From: Octopus vulgaris | Lineage: Eukaryota | Assembly: GCA_951406725.2 (NCBI GenBank) | Contig: OX597821.1 | Coordinates: 49,662,001 to 49,726,000, forward strand | DNA: 64,000 nt | Direction: 5' to 3' | In this document: positions 1-11,514 of the stretch, one piece after another | How positions within the stretch are numbered: the first letter of the stretch is position 1 | Layout: each line of letters begins with the position of its first letter | Translations under genes and position numbers: made by a program | Notes under the pieces: generated by a model | What the model was told of the DNA's origin: nothing | Seen by the model: only the letters and a program-made list of their open reading frames with translations | Databases searched by the model: none

Positions 1-60
1 GAGAGAGAGAGAGAGAGCGGGGAGGTGTGTGTGAGGGAGGAAGAGAGTGTCAACGTACCA

Positions 61-214
61 GGAGTGGCTGTGTGGTAAGTAGCTTGCTAACCAACCACAT
101 GGTTATGGGTTCAGTCCCACTGCGTGGCATCTTGGGCAAGTGTCTTCTGCTATAGCCCCGGGCCGACCAATGCCTTGTGAGTGGATTTGGTAGACGGAAA
201 CTGTCGTATATATG

Positions 215-245
<31 letters not shown>

Positions 246-440
246 TTGTCCCCCTAGCATTGCTTGACAACCGATGCTGGTGTGTTTACGTCCCCGTCAC
301 TTAGCGGTTCGGCAAAAGAGACCGATAGAATAAGTACTGGGCTTACCAAGAATAAGTCCCGGGGTCGATTTGCTCGACTAAAGGCGGTGCTCCAGCATGG
401 CCGCAGTCAAATGACTGAAACAAGTAACAGAGTAACAGAG
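61..440 (+). mobile_element. tRNA-derived SINE, family A (internal TA/TG microsatellite, GTAA(A/C)AGA tail)
   Basis: Pol III-like head GGAGTGGCTGTGTGGTAAG...GGTTCAGTCCC followed by CORE-like TTGGGCAAGTG; near-identical copies at 30497-30890 and 60921-61327. Confidence 0.85.
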
Positions 441-450
441 TATATTTCTC

Positions 451-853
451 GGATCTTTTTTGAGTGAGTGATTGACTGAGAGTGAGAGTGATAGCGTAAA
501 TTTTATTTATTTACTTTTTCTCGCATCTTTTTTTAGTGTTTTTAGATCTTTTGTTTGACTGAGAGAGTGGTGTGTCTTGCTCCGCGTGTGTGTGAGTGAG
601 AGAGAGGGAGAGGGAGAGAGTGAAACGTAAAAGATGCGAGAAAAACTAACTAAATAAAAAAAAATTTACGTTATCACTCTCCCCTCCTTTCTCACTCACA
701 CACACACATACACACAGAGCAAGACATTACCTCTCTTTCTGACAATACACCTCTCTCTTTCTCTCTCTCAGTCAAACACGTTCACTAAAAAAAGATGCTA
801 GAAAAAGTAAATAAAATTTACGCTATCACTCTCTCCCTCACACCACATCACTC
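451..853. mobile_element. Foldback/MITE-like element with long internal inverted repeats
   Basis: Begins GGATCTTTT. GAGAGTGATAGCGTAAATTTTATTTA...CATCTTTTTTTAGTG (about 485-538) is the reverse complement of about 783-833. The right end is interrupted by the MITE at 854. Confidence 0.55.
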
Positions 854-1434
854 GGAACTCTTCGGTTTGAACGGCAGTTTTTTCTAGCGGTGTCATATGA
901 AATTGTCACCCGTAATTATAACCCTAGTATCGATCTATTGCATTTCAATCTGTTTTAGGGTTAGGATTAGTTAGGGGTGGGGGGAAGGGTATCTTTTTTC
1001 TTCAGAAATCTAAATAAACCCAATCTGTTTCTTAAACGAGCGACATATTCGGCGAACCTTCGGTATATGTACCGGTGTAAGTACCGGATACATTTCAAAA
1101 AAGTGTTGTTTTTTTTATATATGGGGCGTTAGGGTTAGGGGCGGGAGAAAAGGGTTTCTGTTATCTTCAGAAATGTAAACAAAGTCACGTGTGTACATAT
1201 ACCGAAGCATCGCCACATATTAATACGGCACAGAATGTTTTCACCTTCAATAGACGTCATTGATTGGTTCAAATTGCAGGAAAAAACAACAAATATCTTA
1301 CAAACCATAGAATTTTCTCAATAAAGCCAAAAGAAAAAGGTTTTATAAACACATTCTACCAGTATACGAAGTTTAAAAGTGTTTAGTTACGTGGAAATTA
1401 TTTAAAAAAATTGCCGTTCAAACCGAAAAGATCC
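854..1434 (+). mobile_element. Merlin-like MITE family 1 (contains a nested MITE)
   Basis: TIRs GGAACTCTTCGGTTTGAACGGCA ... TGCCGTTCAAACCGAAAAGATCC; an uninterrupted copy lies in reverse orientation at 4181-4539. Confidence 0.8.
1051..1214 (+). mobile_element. Merlin-like MITE family 2 nested in family 1
   Basis: TIRs GGCGAACCTTCGGTATA ... TATACCGAAGCATCGCC; 8-bp TSD ACATATTC/ACATATTA; the empty site is visible in the 4181-4539 copy. Confidence 0.85.
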
Positions 1435-1722
1435 AAAATAAGTAAAAACAATGTACGCTGTCTCTCTCTCTCTTTCTCTCTCATATACACACAACACACT
1501 TTCTGTCTCGCACCCCCAGTAACACATACGCATGTCTCTTTCCATTTTCTCTCTTTCACTTTTTGCTGACATCCAACGAAATGAACATATCCTCCCACAA
1601 AATAAATAAATAAAAGTTTTTTTACGGAATTTACCGAACGCCGTAATGTAGCGCGCGCACGCCACCGAGTTAAAACAAAGGATTGCCAATTTTTTTGGAA
1701 AATTAACAAAGTTAGAGGCATT

Positions 1723-1736
1723 GTTGTCATAGCAAC
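1723..1736. promoter_or_regulatory. Candidate RFX X-box motif near the putative first exon of the ZNF gene
   Basis: GTTGTCATAGCAAC fits the X-box consensus RTHNYYWTRRNRAC; a GTAAGG donor follows at 1799. Confidence 0.4.
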
Positions 1737-1850
1737 TCCAGTGTATCGTTGTTTACTCATAGTGCTGTGGGTGAAAGAATTGACAACTATTATGTCTTGT
1801 AAGGAAGAATTTAGGGATTGGTGCCTCTATTGCTGTAGACTACAAATTAC

Positions 1851-2393
1851 GGCGTAACTTCGGTATAAGTACCGGATACATTTCAAGAAAGTATTTTTTT
1901 TTATATATGGGGGGTTAGGGGTGGGAGAAAAGGGTTCCTGGCAATCTTTCGTCTCTAGTAGACCTTTCCGTCGATTTCCGTAAATTTTTTTTTTTTTTTA
2001 CATATGGGCTTGCGGGAACTTTTGAAGTAATATACATACATATACACATACACCGAGTAAAAAATTTCAGTTATCTCTTTCTTTCACACACACTAACAGA
2101 AGCACTTCACTTACACAACATACTGTCTCCCACACCCCATCAAACACACACACATGTACATCAATGCTTCCCCTGGACGGTAACTTCAAAAGAACTTCCC
2201 TCGTCATACAATCGCTTTCTCTTAGTCTCTTTCGCTCTCATTACTTCAAAAGTTCTCGCAAGCCCATATGTAAAAAAAAAATTTTCTTACGGAAATCGAC
2301 GGAAAGGTCTACTAGAGACGAAAGATTGCCGGGTTCCTGTTATCTTCAGAAATGTAAACAAAATCACGTGTGTACCTATACCGAAGGATCGCC
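1851..2393 (+). mobile_element. Merlin-like MITE family 2, second copy (contains a nested MITE)
   Basis: TIRs GGCGTAACTTCGGTATA ... TATACCGAAGGATCGCC; perfect 8-bp TSD CAAATTAC; body matches 1051-1214. Confidence 0.85.
1940..2330. mobile_element. Merlin-like MITE family 3 nested in family 2
   Basis: Perfect TIR of about 44 bp (GGCAATCTTTCGTCTCTAGTAGACCTTTCCGTCGATTTCCGTAA), extending imperfectly to about 90 bp; perfect 8-bp TSD GGGTTCCT. Confidence 0.9.
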
Positions 2394-3236
2394 CAAATTA
2401 CTTATAGGAGAACTTAATTACAGACGTGTATGTGAGGAAAACAAAATGCCAAAAATGACCCGGAAATGGAAAAATATCGTAGCTCGAGTTACCTCCCCTT
2501 ACCGGTAGTAATTCATATTTTTACGAATAAAATTTACAAAAGTATTGAAATTGGTAATGATCTTTGGTTGCCAAATAATTTTCTTATTAGAGAACTCTGA
2601 TAACGTGTTCGTCTACAATGTCGAAATATTATTGAGAATGTTTATTTTATACGGACAACGCATGAAAATTTGCAGCGATAATTATTCCTCACCTCGTCAT
2701 TTTAATTTAATGGCCTAACCATTAAAAACATTGGACATAAGAAATGGTCAGTATAACTTAAAACAGAATTTACTAATTTTGTGCTTTCCCTAACATCCCA
2801 GACTGAGAATCACGAAAGGAAAATAATTTCTTTCTTTCTTTTGTTTTCTTTTTTTTTTTTTGTGTGTTTCCACTGACTCGGAAGAGATTCTTGTAAAATA
2901 AAGTCGAAAATTAATTCGACAAAACTGTTTATGATTCTGAAAAAAAAAAAAAAAAAATTGAAATCATTCTTTTTTTTTTGTTTGTTTTCGCCTCCTTTCT
3001 GTAATTTTTCGTCTTTTGACATTTTCGAATTATTTTTCACATATAAATTTTTTAAAACATTATAGATTACAATTATCCAAACATGTTACGTCAAAGCCCA
3101 TTAAGTTGTATGTTTCATCGAAAAATTCGTCGAAATCTCTTGAAAAATTATTTTTGTAAATAAAATTCGCCAATTAATTTGTGAAATATTTTTGCAGAAT
3201 CTTAATTTCTGATGCTTAAATTATAAATATTTTCAG

Positions 3237-3269
3237 AAATGACACTTTTTGGCCATATTTAGATTTGAG
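3237..3269 (+). other. Possible small upstream (5' UTR) exon of the ZNF gene
   Basis: TTTTCAG acceptor (AG 3235-3236) and GAG|GTCAGT donor in non-repetitive sequence; no transcript evidence. Confidence 0.3.
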
Positions 3270-3637
3270 GTCAGTCCCAGGGCTACTGGGACGTTTGCAA
3301 AATATTATCACAACTTCATTACATTAACTTAAATTCTAACTTCGAAAGAATACCACTAAATAATTTTAACAAATTAAATTAGAACCAGTTTTCAATGATT
3401 TGTGTCCTTACCCTCACACCAAATCGATAGAAAAACTTTTTTGGCAGTTGGCTATTTGGCACAAAAGATATATTTTCTAATACTGGCCTTACTCTTTTGC
3501 ACATTTTTTATTATTTTGTTTTAGAAGCTTCCAAGACAAGTTTCTTTCAATGTTGCTGTAATAAATGTCTGCTGTGTCTTTCTGAGAATCATTTCCCACA
3601 GATTTCCAGCGTTGTTTTATTTTGGATTTATTTAAGA

Positions 3638-4143
3638 CTAGCAGTATCGCCCGGCGTTGCTCGGGTTTGTAAGGGAAATAACTATATAAGCATTTTTAGA
3701 GAGTTACTTCCCTTATAAATTCGGGCTTTCTTAGCCATTTTTGTTTTGGTGTCTTCAAGCCATGAAGTCGTTGTTCTAAAAGAACGCTGGTTTCCTTCAC
3801 AACGCATTACGACGTTGATTTCTTTACACTCCCTTCCCCACAGCTTCACGAGGGAGGGAAGGGGGAGAAGCAAACAGGTGCAGCTGTGAGCGTGGACGCC
3901 AACTCCGCCGCCATCGACACACGATGCATTTTATGCATTAAAATGGAATAAAAAATGATGTTAAATTATTTTTAAAATCGTAGACTCATCGTTGACGCGC
4001 GCTAATAGTCAGACGGGCTCGATATGAATCACGACTATAAGATACCCGAATTTGGTTAAACTGCACCGCAAAATGTGGGAGGAGTTAGGAATCTAAATCG
4101 AAGGGGACAGACACTCACACAACTAGAGTTTTATATATATAGA
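3638..4143 (-). mobile_element. Non-autonomous Helitron
   Basis: Minus strand starts TCTATATATATAAAA and ends with hairpin CCCGAGCAACGCCGGG then CTAG; inserted between A and T with no TSD. Confidence 0.8.
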
Positions 4144-4180
4144 TATCGCTCGTTGAAATCTGAAATGGGCAAAAGTGGGC

Positions 4181-4539
4181 GGATCTTTTCGGTTTGAACG
4201 GCAGTTTTTAACATAATTTCTAGGTAACTAAAAAATTTTAAACTTCGTATACTGGTAGAATGTGTTTATAAAACATCTTTTTCTCTTGGCTTTATTGAGA
4301 AAATTCTGCAATTTCAACCAATTACTGACGTCTATTGAGGTAAAAAAAACATTCTGTGCCGTATGAATATGTCCCTCATTTAAGAAACAGATTGGGTTTA
4401 TTTACATTTGTGAAGAAAAAAAGATACCCTAACCCTAAAAGAGATTGAAATGCAATAGATCGATACTAGGGTCATAATTATGGGTGACAATTTCATATGA
4501 CGCCGCTAGAAAACACTGCCGTTCAAACCAAAAAGATCC
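4181..4539 (-). mobile_element. Merlin-like MITE family 1, uninterrupted copy
   Basis: TIRs GGATCTTTTCGGTTTGAACGGCAG ... CTGCCGTTCAAACCAAAAAGATCC; 8-bp TSD AAGTGGGC/AAGTCGGC. Confidence 0.85.
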
Positions 4540-5059
4540 AAGTCGGCAAAACTACAGAACTATGTGCCCCTTACCCCTCAACTATCGAATCTTTTCCCTG
4601 GTAGCTTTCTTTAAAATACTGGTATTTTGAATTAAATGTTCTAGCAATTCGTTTTCGTGAGAGCAAATCACAATTATCAAACAATGCAAAAAAAAAAAAA
4701 AAAAAGGTGGGGGAATGGTTATTTACACCATCTATCAGGAAAAGTTCGTTAATAACACTAGCCCCTTGATATTTTCACATTTGATTTCCAATTCTAATGA
4801 TTTTTATATCTTATCTTTGTATAATAGTGCTCATTTGCTTAGTAAATATTGCTTTCTTTATTTTATCTGTCATAATTTATCTCTTTTAAACAAACATCAC
4901 GGTAGTCCAACAGCAGAGGGAGGCGCAATTTGTGAAGTTTTTACCTTCCCCTCAAAGCAACTTAGAGATTACAATTCAGCAGCCCATCTGTAAACATTGC
5001 AGTGAGAGAGAGAGAGAGAAAACATTGCAACTTCAAACTTGCTTATGTGTTTTGGAGCA

Positions 5060-6214
5060 TCTGGTGGGTGATATGCATTGCATATGATTATATTGTTTTG
5101 TCTTATGTATACAATTAGAGTGTCACATATTGAATTTCAGTATGACAATATGACCTGGGGTGTGAGGTCTTCACGGATGTATACAGCAACTCCACCATGG
5201 CTCCTTTCTCTTCTGTCTGTTTGCAGTATGGTATATTTTGGTATGTGTACTTCAGCATCCTCTATATCAGATGAGTTTCCACAAGTGCTATGCATAGGGC
5301 TTGATTGCATGCAGCAAGGTCTCTCAGGAAAAAAATTTTGCTTTTATTGTGATGCAACAGGCCCCCAATATTTAGTAAAAATATTGGCATGACAACTGTG
5401 CAGACATTAGGGGAAGCCATCTCGTGTCTGTTGATTGTGGCGGGCAAGGTTCCTTGTTTGCACTTGATGTAGCCAGGTCAACTGCTGCACAAACTTTTGC
5501 ACCATGCACAAAAAAGACTCTTGCTCAGCTGTTGCCTTGCACATAACATCTGAAGAGCACACTGCATTTGTATGTATTTTCTGTGGAGGAAATTGGTGCC
5601 TTTCCTCAAGGAAGTATTTCTCCTTAAGGCCCTTCTAGTTTTGGCAGTATCTTGGGTGAACAAACTGGCAGTTTGTACCATCTTCCCATGCCAAGATTTG
5701 CTTTGCAGGTCCTTGAGTTCACTCCAAATTTCTTCTCTGCTCTAGGGTTTTGGATTCCATCAGAGCCTCCATATTTGAGTTTTCTGTTTTTTGTTTTGTG
5801 GTTTGGGGTTTCAGTTTTAGTTATTTCATTTTTTTCCTTTTCTTTTTTCTCCCCTGTTTGTGCTCATGTTCTTTCCTTCTTTTCTGGTGGTAGCACTTGC
5901 ATTCCTCTGGTTGTCCAATGGGGTGAGGACTCCATTCCTTTGTAGGACCACTGGCACAGAAGGCCTTCTGGTTGTTGCTTCCTTTGCTTCCCTATCCTGG
6001 TTGTTCACAGGAGTGGGGGATCCATTCTTTTGAGGAACTGCTGGATCAAAGAGACTTTTGATTTTTACTTTGCTTTCCCTATCCTTATCAGCCTTGCCAC
6101 AGTAGTTTTCCATGATGACATTAAGAGTATCAATGTGTGATCTAATAAGGGCATAGTATTGGGAGAATTCATTTTTCTTTCTCTCTATCTGCTCAGTGGT
6201 TCTACAGAAGCCAT

Positions 6215-6217
<3 letters not shown>
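5060..6217 (-). mobile_element. Degenerate LINE 5' part: ORF1-like region plus APE endonuclease N-terminus
   Basis: IFLLNIGGL...CIALVETHL is an APE start motif; the upstream frameshifted ORF has a Cys/His motif (TCK..WHG..GTNCQFVHP..C). Confidence 0.55.
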
Positions 6218-6284
<67 letters not shown>

Positions 6285-6310
6285 CATATATATTAATACA
6301 TATATATATT

Positions 6311-6527
6311 AAGGCGGCGAGCTGGCAGAAACATTAGCACACCAGGCGAAATGCTAAGCGGTATTTCGTCTGCTGCTGCATTCTGAGTTCAAATTCCGCC
6401 GAGGTCGACTTTGCCTTTCATCCTTTCGGGGTCGATTAAATAAGTACCAGTTACACAATGGGGTTGATGTAATTGACTTAATCCCTTTGTTTGTCCTCTG
6501 TCTTTAGCCTCTTGTGGTAGTAAAGAA

Positions 6528-6530
<3 letters not shown>
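6311..6530 (+). mobile_element. tRNA-derived SINE, family B
   Basis: AAGGCGGCGAGCTGGCAGAA...GAGTTCAAATTCC...GACTTTGCCTTTCATCCTTTCGGGGTCGA; other copies at 11515, 12917 (minus), 19503 and 62130 (minus). Confidence 0.85.
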
Positions 6531-6572
<42 letters not shown>

Positions 6573-6718
6573 TAAATGTAAATCAGAAATGGAAAAAAAC
6601 CCAACAAACAAATTATATATATATATATACAGAGAGAGAGAGAGAGAGAAATAAATAAATAAATAAATAAATGAATGAATGAATGGAGTTAAACGCAGGT
6701 GCTATTCAGATTTTTTTA

Positions 6719-6806
6719 CTTCCGACATATGTTTCGAAGAAAACATTGGTATTATTCCAGAAAGTATAAAATGATGTAAAACAATGCAATCATCTCATCA
6801 GGGAAA
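6719..6806 (-). ncRNA. Type-I hammerhead ribozyme motif (Penelope-type, long stem II)
   Basis: Minus strand: UUUCC-CUGAUGA-GAUGA..CAUUG...CAAUG..UCUUC-GAAA-C-AUAU-G-UC|GGAAG. The canonical core, a 5-bp stem I and palindromic stem III ACAUAUGU are all present. Confidence 0.6.
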
Positions 6807-7189
6807 GAAAGAAACCAAACACGGTCTGGGAAGGATGGCCGGATTGTAAAAGTGACTTATATATAATTTGAACTGTGATTAGAAAAAATATATATGTCGA
6901 AACAATTTGTTGGCCTTTTATGGTTTTTATAATTATTTATATTATATTCATAGCATTTAATGTAAAATTGTAATATAAATAAATTATTGAATGTCAATGG
7001 AATATTTCTATATGTAATTTTCATATCTATCTATCTATATATAGTGTGTGTATGTATATATATTTGTATGTACATTTGTCTGTATATATGTATATGTCTG
7101 TATGGATGTTTGTGTATGTTGGGATATATATATATATATATCATCTCATCTCGACATACTCTCACCCTTTCCTTCTCTTGTAAGCAATA

Positions 7190-7545
7190 ATTACTGATGG
7201 GCCAGAAGAAGGTCCCTGACCTATCAGAAATTACTGCTGAGATGCTTAAAGTATCTTGTGGAGTGGGATGTCGTTTAGTTGCCCACATGATTAATCAGGT
7301 TATCCAGGAGAAGGTCATATCCAACAACTGTTGTAGCAGTATTGTTGTCAACTGCTATGAAAGTAAAGGGAGCCTTGGACAGAAGTAATTACATAGGTGT
7401 ATTGCTGGACCAGGTGATGAAAGTTAGAGAAAAGGTCATTGTTCAACTAAGGAAGAGAGTTAACCTAGATGAGATGCAGTTTGGTTTCGTGCCAGGGAGG
7501 AGCACTAGTGATGCTATCTTTGTAGTAAGGCAACTGCAGTAGAAG
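7190..7545 (+). mobile_element. RTE-clade LINE reverse-transcriptase fragment
   Basis: SEITAEMLK and MQFGFVPGRSTSDAIFVVRQLQ motifs, frameshifted. Confidence 0.75.
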
Positions 7546-8232
7546 CATTCTATTTCTTTTCATTTGGTCTGTTTATTTTCATTCTACTCATTGTTATTGT
7601 TTACTTTAATAATTCTACACTTTCCACTATGTTTTACTTGATTCCATACATTATTTATATATTTCTCTCCTTACTTTTCAATCTTTCTTGTTCATCATGA
7701 GAGTGGGATATATTGAATTCAGTTAACTGTTTATATATATGAATATAGTAAAATATTTCGTTGAATCTCTACATTTTAAGTATCTTCTATATCTTACACT
7801 ATTTCTCATTTATTTCAGAATATCAGATGGCATTATTACAACATTTTACATGGGATACATTATCGTCCATTTTTATCATCTTTTACAAACTGAAGGAAGA
7901 TGCCGTGTATAACAAATATAACCCAAGTTATATAAATCTATGGTAGAATTACTGTGAAATATTTTGTTTGAACTGCAATTATTGTCATCAATTCTCTACT
8001 GCTTGGAATGAGTACAAGATGATTTTGATTGTAATTTAACTTGGATAAATTTACAAAGAGGTTTGCAGCATCTTCAGGTATTGACACAGGTCACATATGA
8101 TGTAACTATAGAAAAGTAAATACAACCGTTAAAAAAACAAGAAAATTAATTATTTATTGTAATGAGACAAAAAAAATTATGGACAAGTGAATACTCTGTG
8201 TAACTTAGAAATTGATTTTGTTTCCTGAAGAG

Positions 8233-9009
8233 ATGCCGAATGAGTTGGGAAAATCATCATATCACTGTGATATTTGTGATAAATCATTCTCTCAAAGAGG
8301 TAACCTAACTACCCACAAACGTATTCATTCAGGAGATAAACCACATCACTGTGATATCTGTGGTAAATCATTCTCTCTAAAATGTAACCTGACTACTCAC
8401 AAACGTATTCATACAGGAGAAAAACCATATCAGTGTGATGTCTGTGGTAAATCCTTCTCTGGAAGTAGTGATGTAACTACACACAAACGTATTCATACAG
8501 GAGAGGCACCATATCACTGTGATATCTGTAAAAAGTCATTCTCTCAGAAAGGTAATCTCACTACTCACAAACGCATTCATACTGGAGAAAAACCATATCA
8601 GTGTTATATCTGTTGTAAGTCATTCTCTCGAAATGAGTTAACTGTTCACAAACGCATTCATACAGGTGAGAAGCCATATCATTGTAATGTCTGTGGTAAA
8701 TCATTTTATCGAAATGATGAGTTAACTACTCACATACGTGTTCATACAGGCGAGAGACCATATCACTGTGACATCTGTGGCAAATCATTTGCTGTAAATA
8801 GTACTTTAATGACTCACAAACGTATTCATACAGGAGAGAAACCATATCAATGTGATGTCTGTGGTAAATCATTTCTTCAAAACAGTGATGTAACTAAACA
8901 CAAACGTATTCATACAGGAGAAAAACCATATCACTGTAATATTTGTGGTAGATCATTCTCTCAAAATAGTCACTTAACTAAACATGCTTGTGTATGGACA
9001 AAAAAGTAA
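8233..9009 (+). CDS. C2H2 zinc-finger protein, 9 tandem fingers in a single coding exon
   Basis: Open frame of CxxC...HxxxH repeats with TGEKPY linkers; ATG at 8233 and TAA at 9007-9009; likely exon acceptor TTTCAG at 7813-7818. Confidence 0.9.
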   Translation: MPNELGKSSYHCDICDKSFSQRGNLTTHKRIHSGDKPHHCDICGKSFSLKCNLTTHKRIHTGEKPYQCDVCGKSFSGSSDVTTHKRIHTGEAPYHCDICKKSFSQKGNLTTHKRIHTGEKPYQCYICCKSFSRNELTVHKRIHTGEKPYHCNVCGKSFYRNDELTTHIRVHTGERPYHCDICGKSFAVNSTLMTHKRIHTGEKPYQCDVCGKSFLQNSDVTKHKRIHTGEKPYHCNICGRSFSQNSHLTKHACVWTKK

Positions 9010-10328
9010 CTATTTCAATGTCATAAGAAAATCTGTTTTAATTAAAGAAGTTATAGATGTTTTCACACAAAGATGCAATAATGTGATAACAGCCTGCCAA
9101 CACTATTTTTTATGATTACAGCTAGGTCTACATTAATGAGATAACTTACCATTTTTGATAGCACTGTACTCTCAGAATTCTCATGTATGTCCTGTTTGAC
9201 ATATTTTCATAAAGAACTAAAAGCTAGTGTTGATTTATTTGACATTGTGGGTAAATAACTGAGAAATGTACTGTAATATTGAGGGACAGCATTAATATTA
9301 CAGTTATTGTGTTACAAATGTATACACAAACTATGAAAGAAAATATTTCATCATACCATAATAGAATATATGTATATAAATATGTACAATATCTTATATA
9401 TTCTGGACCTTACAAAGAAAAATTATTTTACAAAGGAAACAGGTTGACTGCCATTCCCTCTTCTCAAGTTGACACATCTGCCAACTTATTTTGTGAAAGC
9501 TCTGCTTAGTTGAGCATTGTTGTATATTGTGCAAGCTGAAGGACACAAATTGAAGTGAAAAATATTATTTAGAGGTACTCTTCCTTTCATTATTACAGAG
9601 TTAAAACTTTTCAGAATTAAAAAAAAAATGAAGTGCTGTATAAGGTGAAATTAAGATTGTTATGGAATTATTTCTTGTTCAAACAGCAATCACTGTGTTT
9701 GCTCGTTAGAGGGACATAAGATTCTCATTCTCAATGGTAATATACAGAGGAAGAGAAAAGTGGTGATTCCTGGTATCAGACTTTAGAATTCTCCCTCTAA
9801 TATGGGTTTAAAGTTAAAAGTCAGAGGTTTAGTTGTACTGTTTAATTATAGAATTAGAATATAGAATAAGAAGCTACTGTAACTTATTTTTGGAGCATTA
9901 TAATTTTCTCAGTTGTAAATTGGTTTCAAATTTTAATCTTCATGTTGGAAAATACATTTTTAAAAAAATTTTAGTTTTCGACAAAAAGTGGTTTTTGACA
10001 CTGTATGTTGGAAAAGAAAATTAGAAACTCTAATGTTGATAATGGAATCAGGTGTATTAATAAAATACTCTGAATGAGTTTATATTAATATTGGACTCAT
10101 GAAGGAGTATAAATACATAGATATGTACATTTTTAAATGAAAGGAAGAAAGCTTTTCTAAGAGTTTGCCTATAGAAATGACAGAAAATACCCAGCATCAT
10201 GGAACATTAACCAGTTGGTAGGTTTTTATTGTTCATGAAGTGAGAAGTGACTTCGTTAAGGACTCCTGAGGCTACAAGTTTGTCAAGCTACAAGCATCAA
10301 CAAAATCTACAGAATTATTCATATATTG

Positions 10329-10859
10329 GTACGTAAAAAGCACTATCCGACTCGTGGCCGATGCCAGCGCCACCTCCACTGGCTTCCGTGCCGGTGGTAC
10401 GTAAAATACACCAATCTGACCATACGACAGGCACCCATGCCAACCCCCTTGATTGCGAAGACATGTTGGGGCAAGCGAAATCAAAATCGAATTGAACCAG
10501 CCAGGATCCCTGGTCTGGTGGTACGTAAAAAGCACTATCCGACTTGTGGCGTAAAAAGCACTATCCGACTCGTGGCCGATGCCAGCTCTGCCTCGTCTGG
10601 CTTCCGTGCCGGTGGCACATAAAATACACCAATCCGACCGTGGCCGTTGCCAGCCTCGCCTGGCACCTGTGCAGGTGGCACGTAAAAAGCACCCACTACG
10701 CTCACGGAGTGGTTGGCGTTAGGAAGGGCATCCAGCTGTAGAAACACTGCCAGATAAGACTGGAGCCTGGTGCAGCCTTCTGGCTTCCCAGATCCCCGGT
10801 CGAACCGTCCAACCCATGCTAGCATGGAGAACGGATGTTAAACGATGATGATGATGATT
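10329..10859 (+). mobile_element. SINE family C with internal tandem duplications and (GAT)n tail
   Basis: Repeated GTAAAAAGCACTATCCGACT units, core GGTTGGCGTTAGGAAGGGCATCCAGCTGTAGAAA and tail GTTAAACGATGATGATGAT. Confidence 0.8.
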
Positions 10860-11514
10860 GCTGTGCCCAGTCATTTTACATTGGTTTTGTGGTAGGTCTA
10901 CCATCATTATCTTGTCAGAACAGATCAATCTCTTTCTTAAAGCAACCCGAAGGAAAGCAAAAGGCAACAGAGAAAGAAAAAAAAAACGAGTACCACACTC
11001 ATTTTGAAACCAATAAAAATGTATGAGGAAACTGAAGAGAAGAATCTCAGTCCAACATTGCAAAAGATGATCTTGTTTGTTAAAGAAATTTCATCTGATA
11101 ACGGTGCTGACTCTTCTGTGTTCTGTGATGACAATTCATACTTGAATGTTATTGATTTACAGGCTGCTACTAATAATTATGATAAAATTTCATCTAAAGA
11201 AATATATAATGTAATACAGGGAGATACTGCTTTTGTCTAATTCCTACAGAGAAAACCATTTGCCACTACTTCAACCAAGTCATTAAAATCCCACAAGATG
11301 CACAATCACATTACATTTCTTTTAAAGATGGTGGGGAAAAACCCCACTAGTTTTACTGTTTTGTGTTTCCTTATGCTGAAGACATTACAGAAATTCTGTT
11401 TGAGTACATAGATAGCATCTTAACAAATCCCATTCGAAAACAGATAAGTGACATGTCACTTTGAATTTTCTATTGACATCACTATATAGTTTTGTTTCAT
11501 AATATAAGCATTCA

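Noticed and set aside
61-130. tRNA-like A/B boxes
   Set aside because: These are SINE heads with no complete cloverleaf, so they are not called as tRNA genes.
264-467. ORFs MTTDAGVFTSPSLSG... here and at 61145-61378
   Set aside because: They are translations of SINE family A, not a gene family.
10860-11500. Coding-like stretch (ORFs 10835-11026 and 11004-11240)
   Set aside because: No recognisable motif or consistent frame; probably an old TE remnant.
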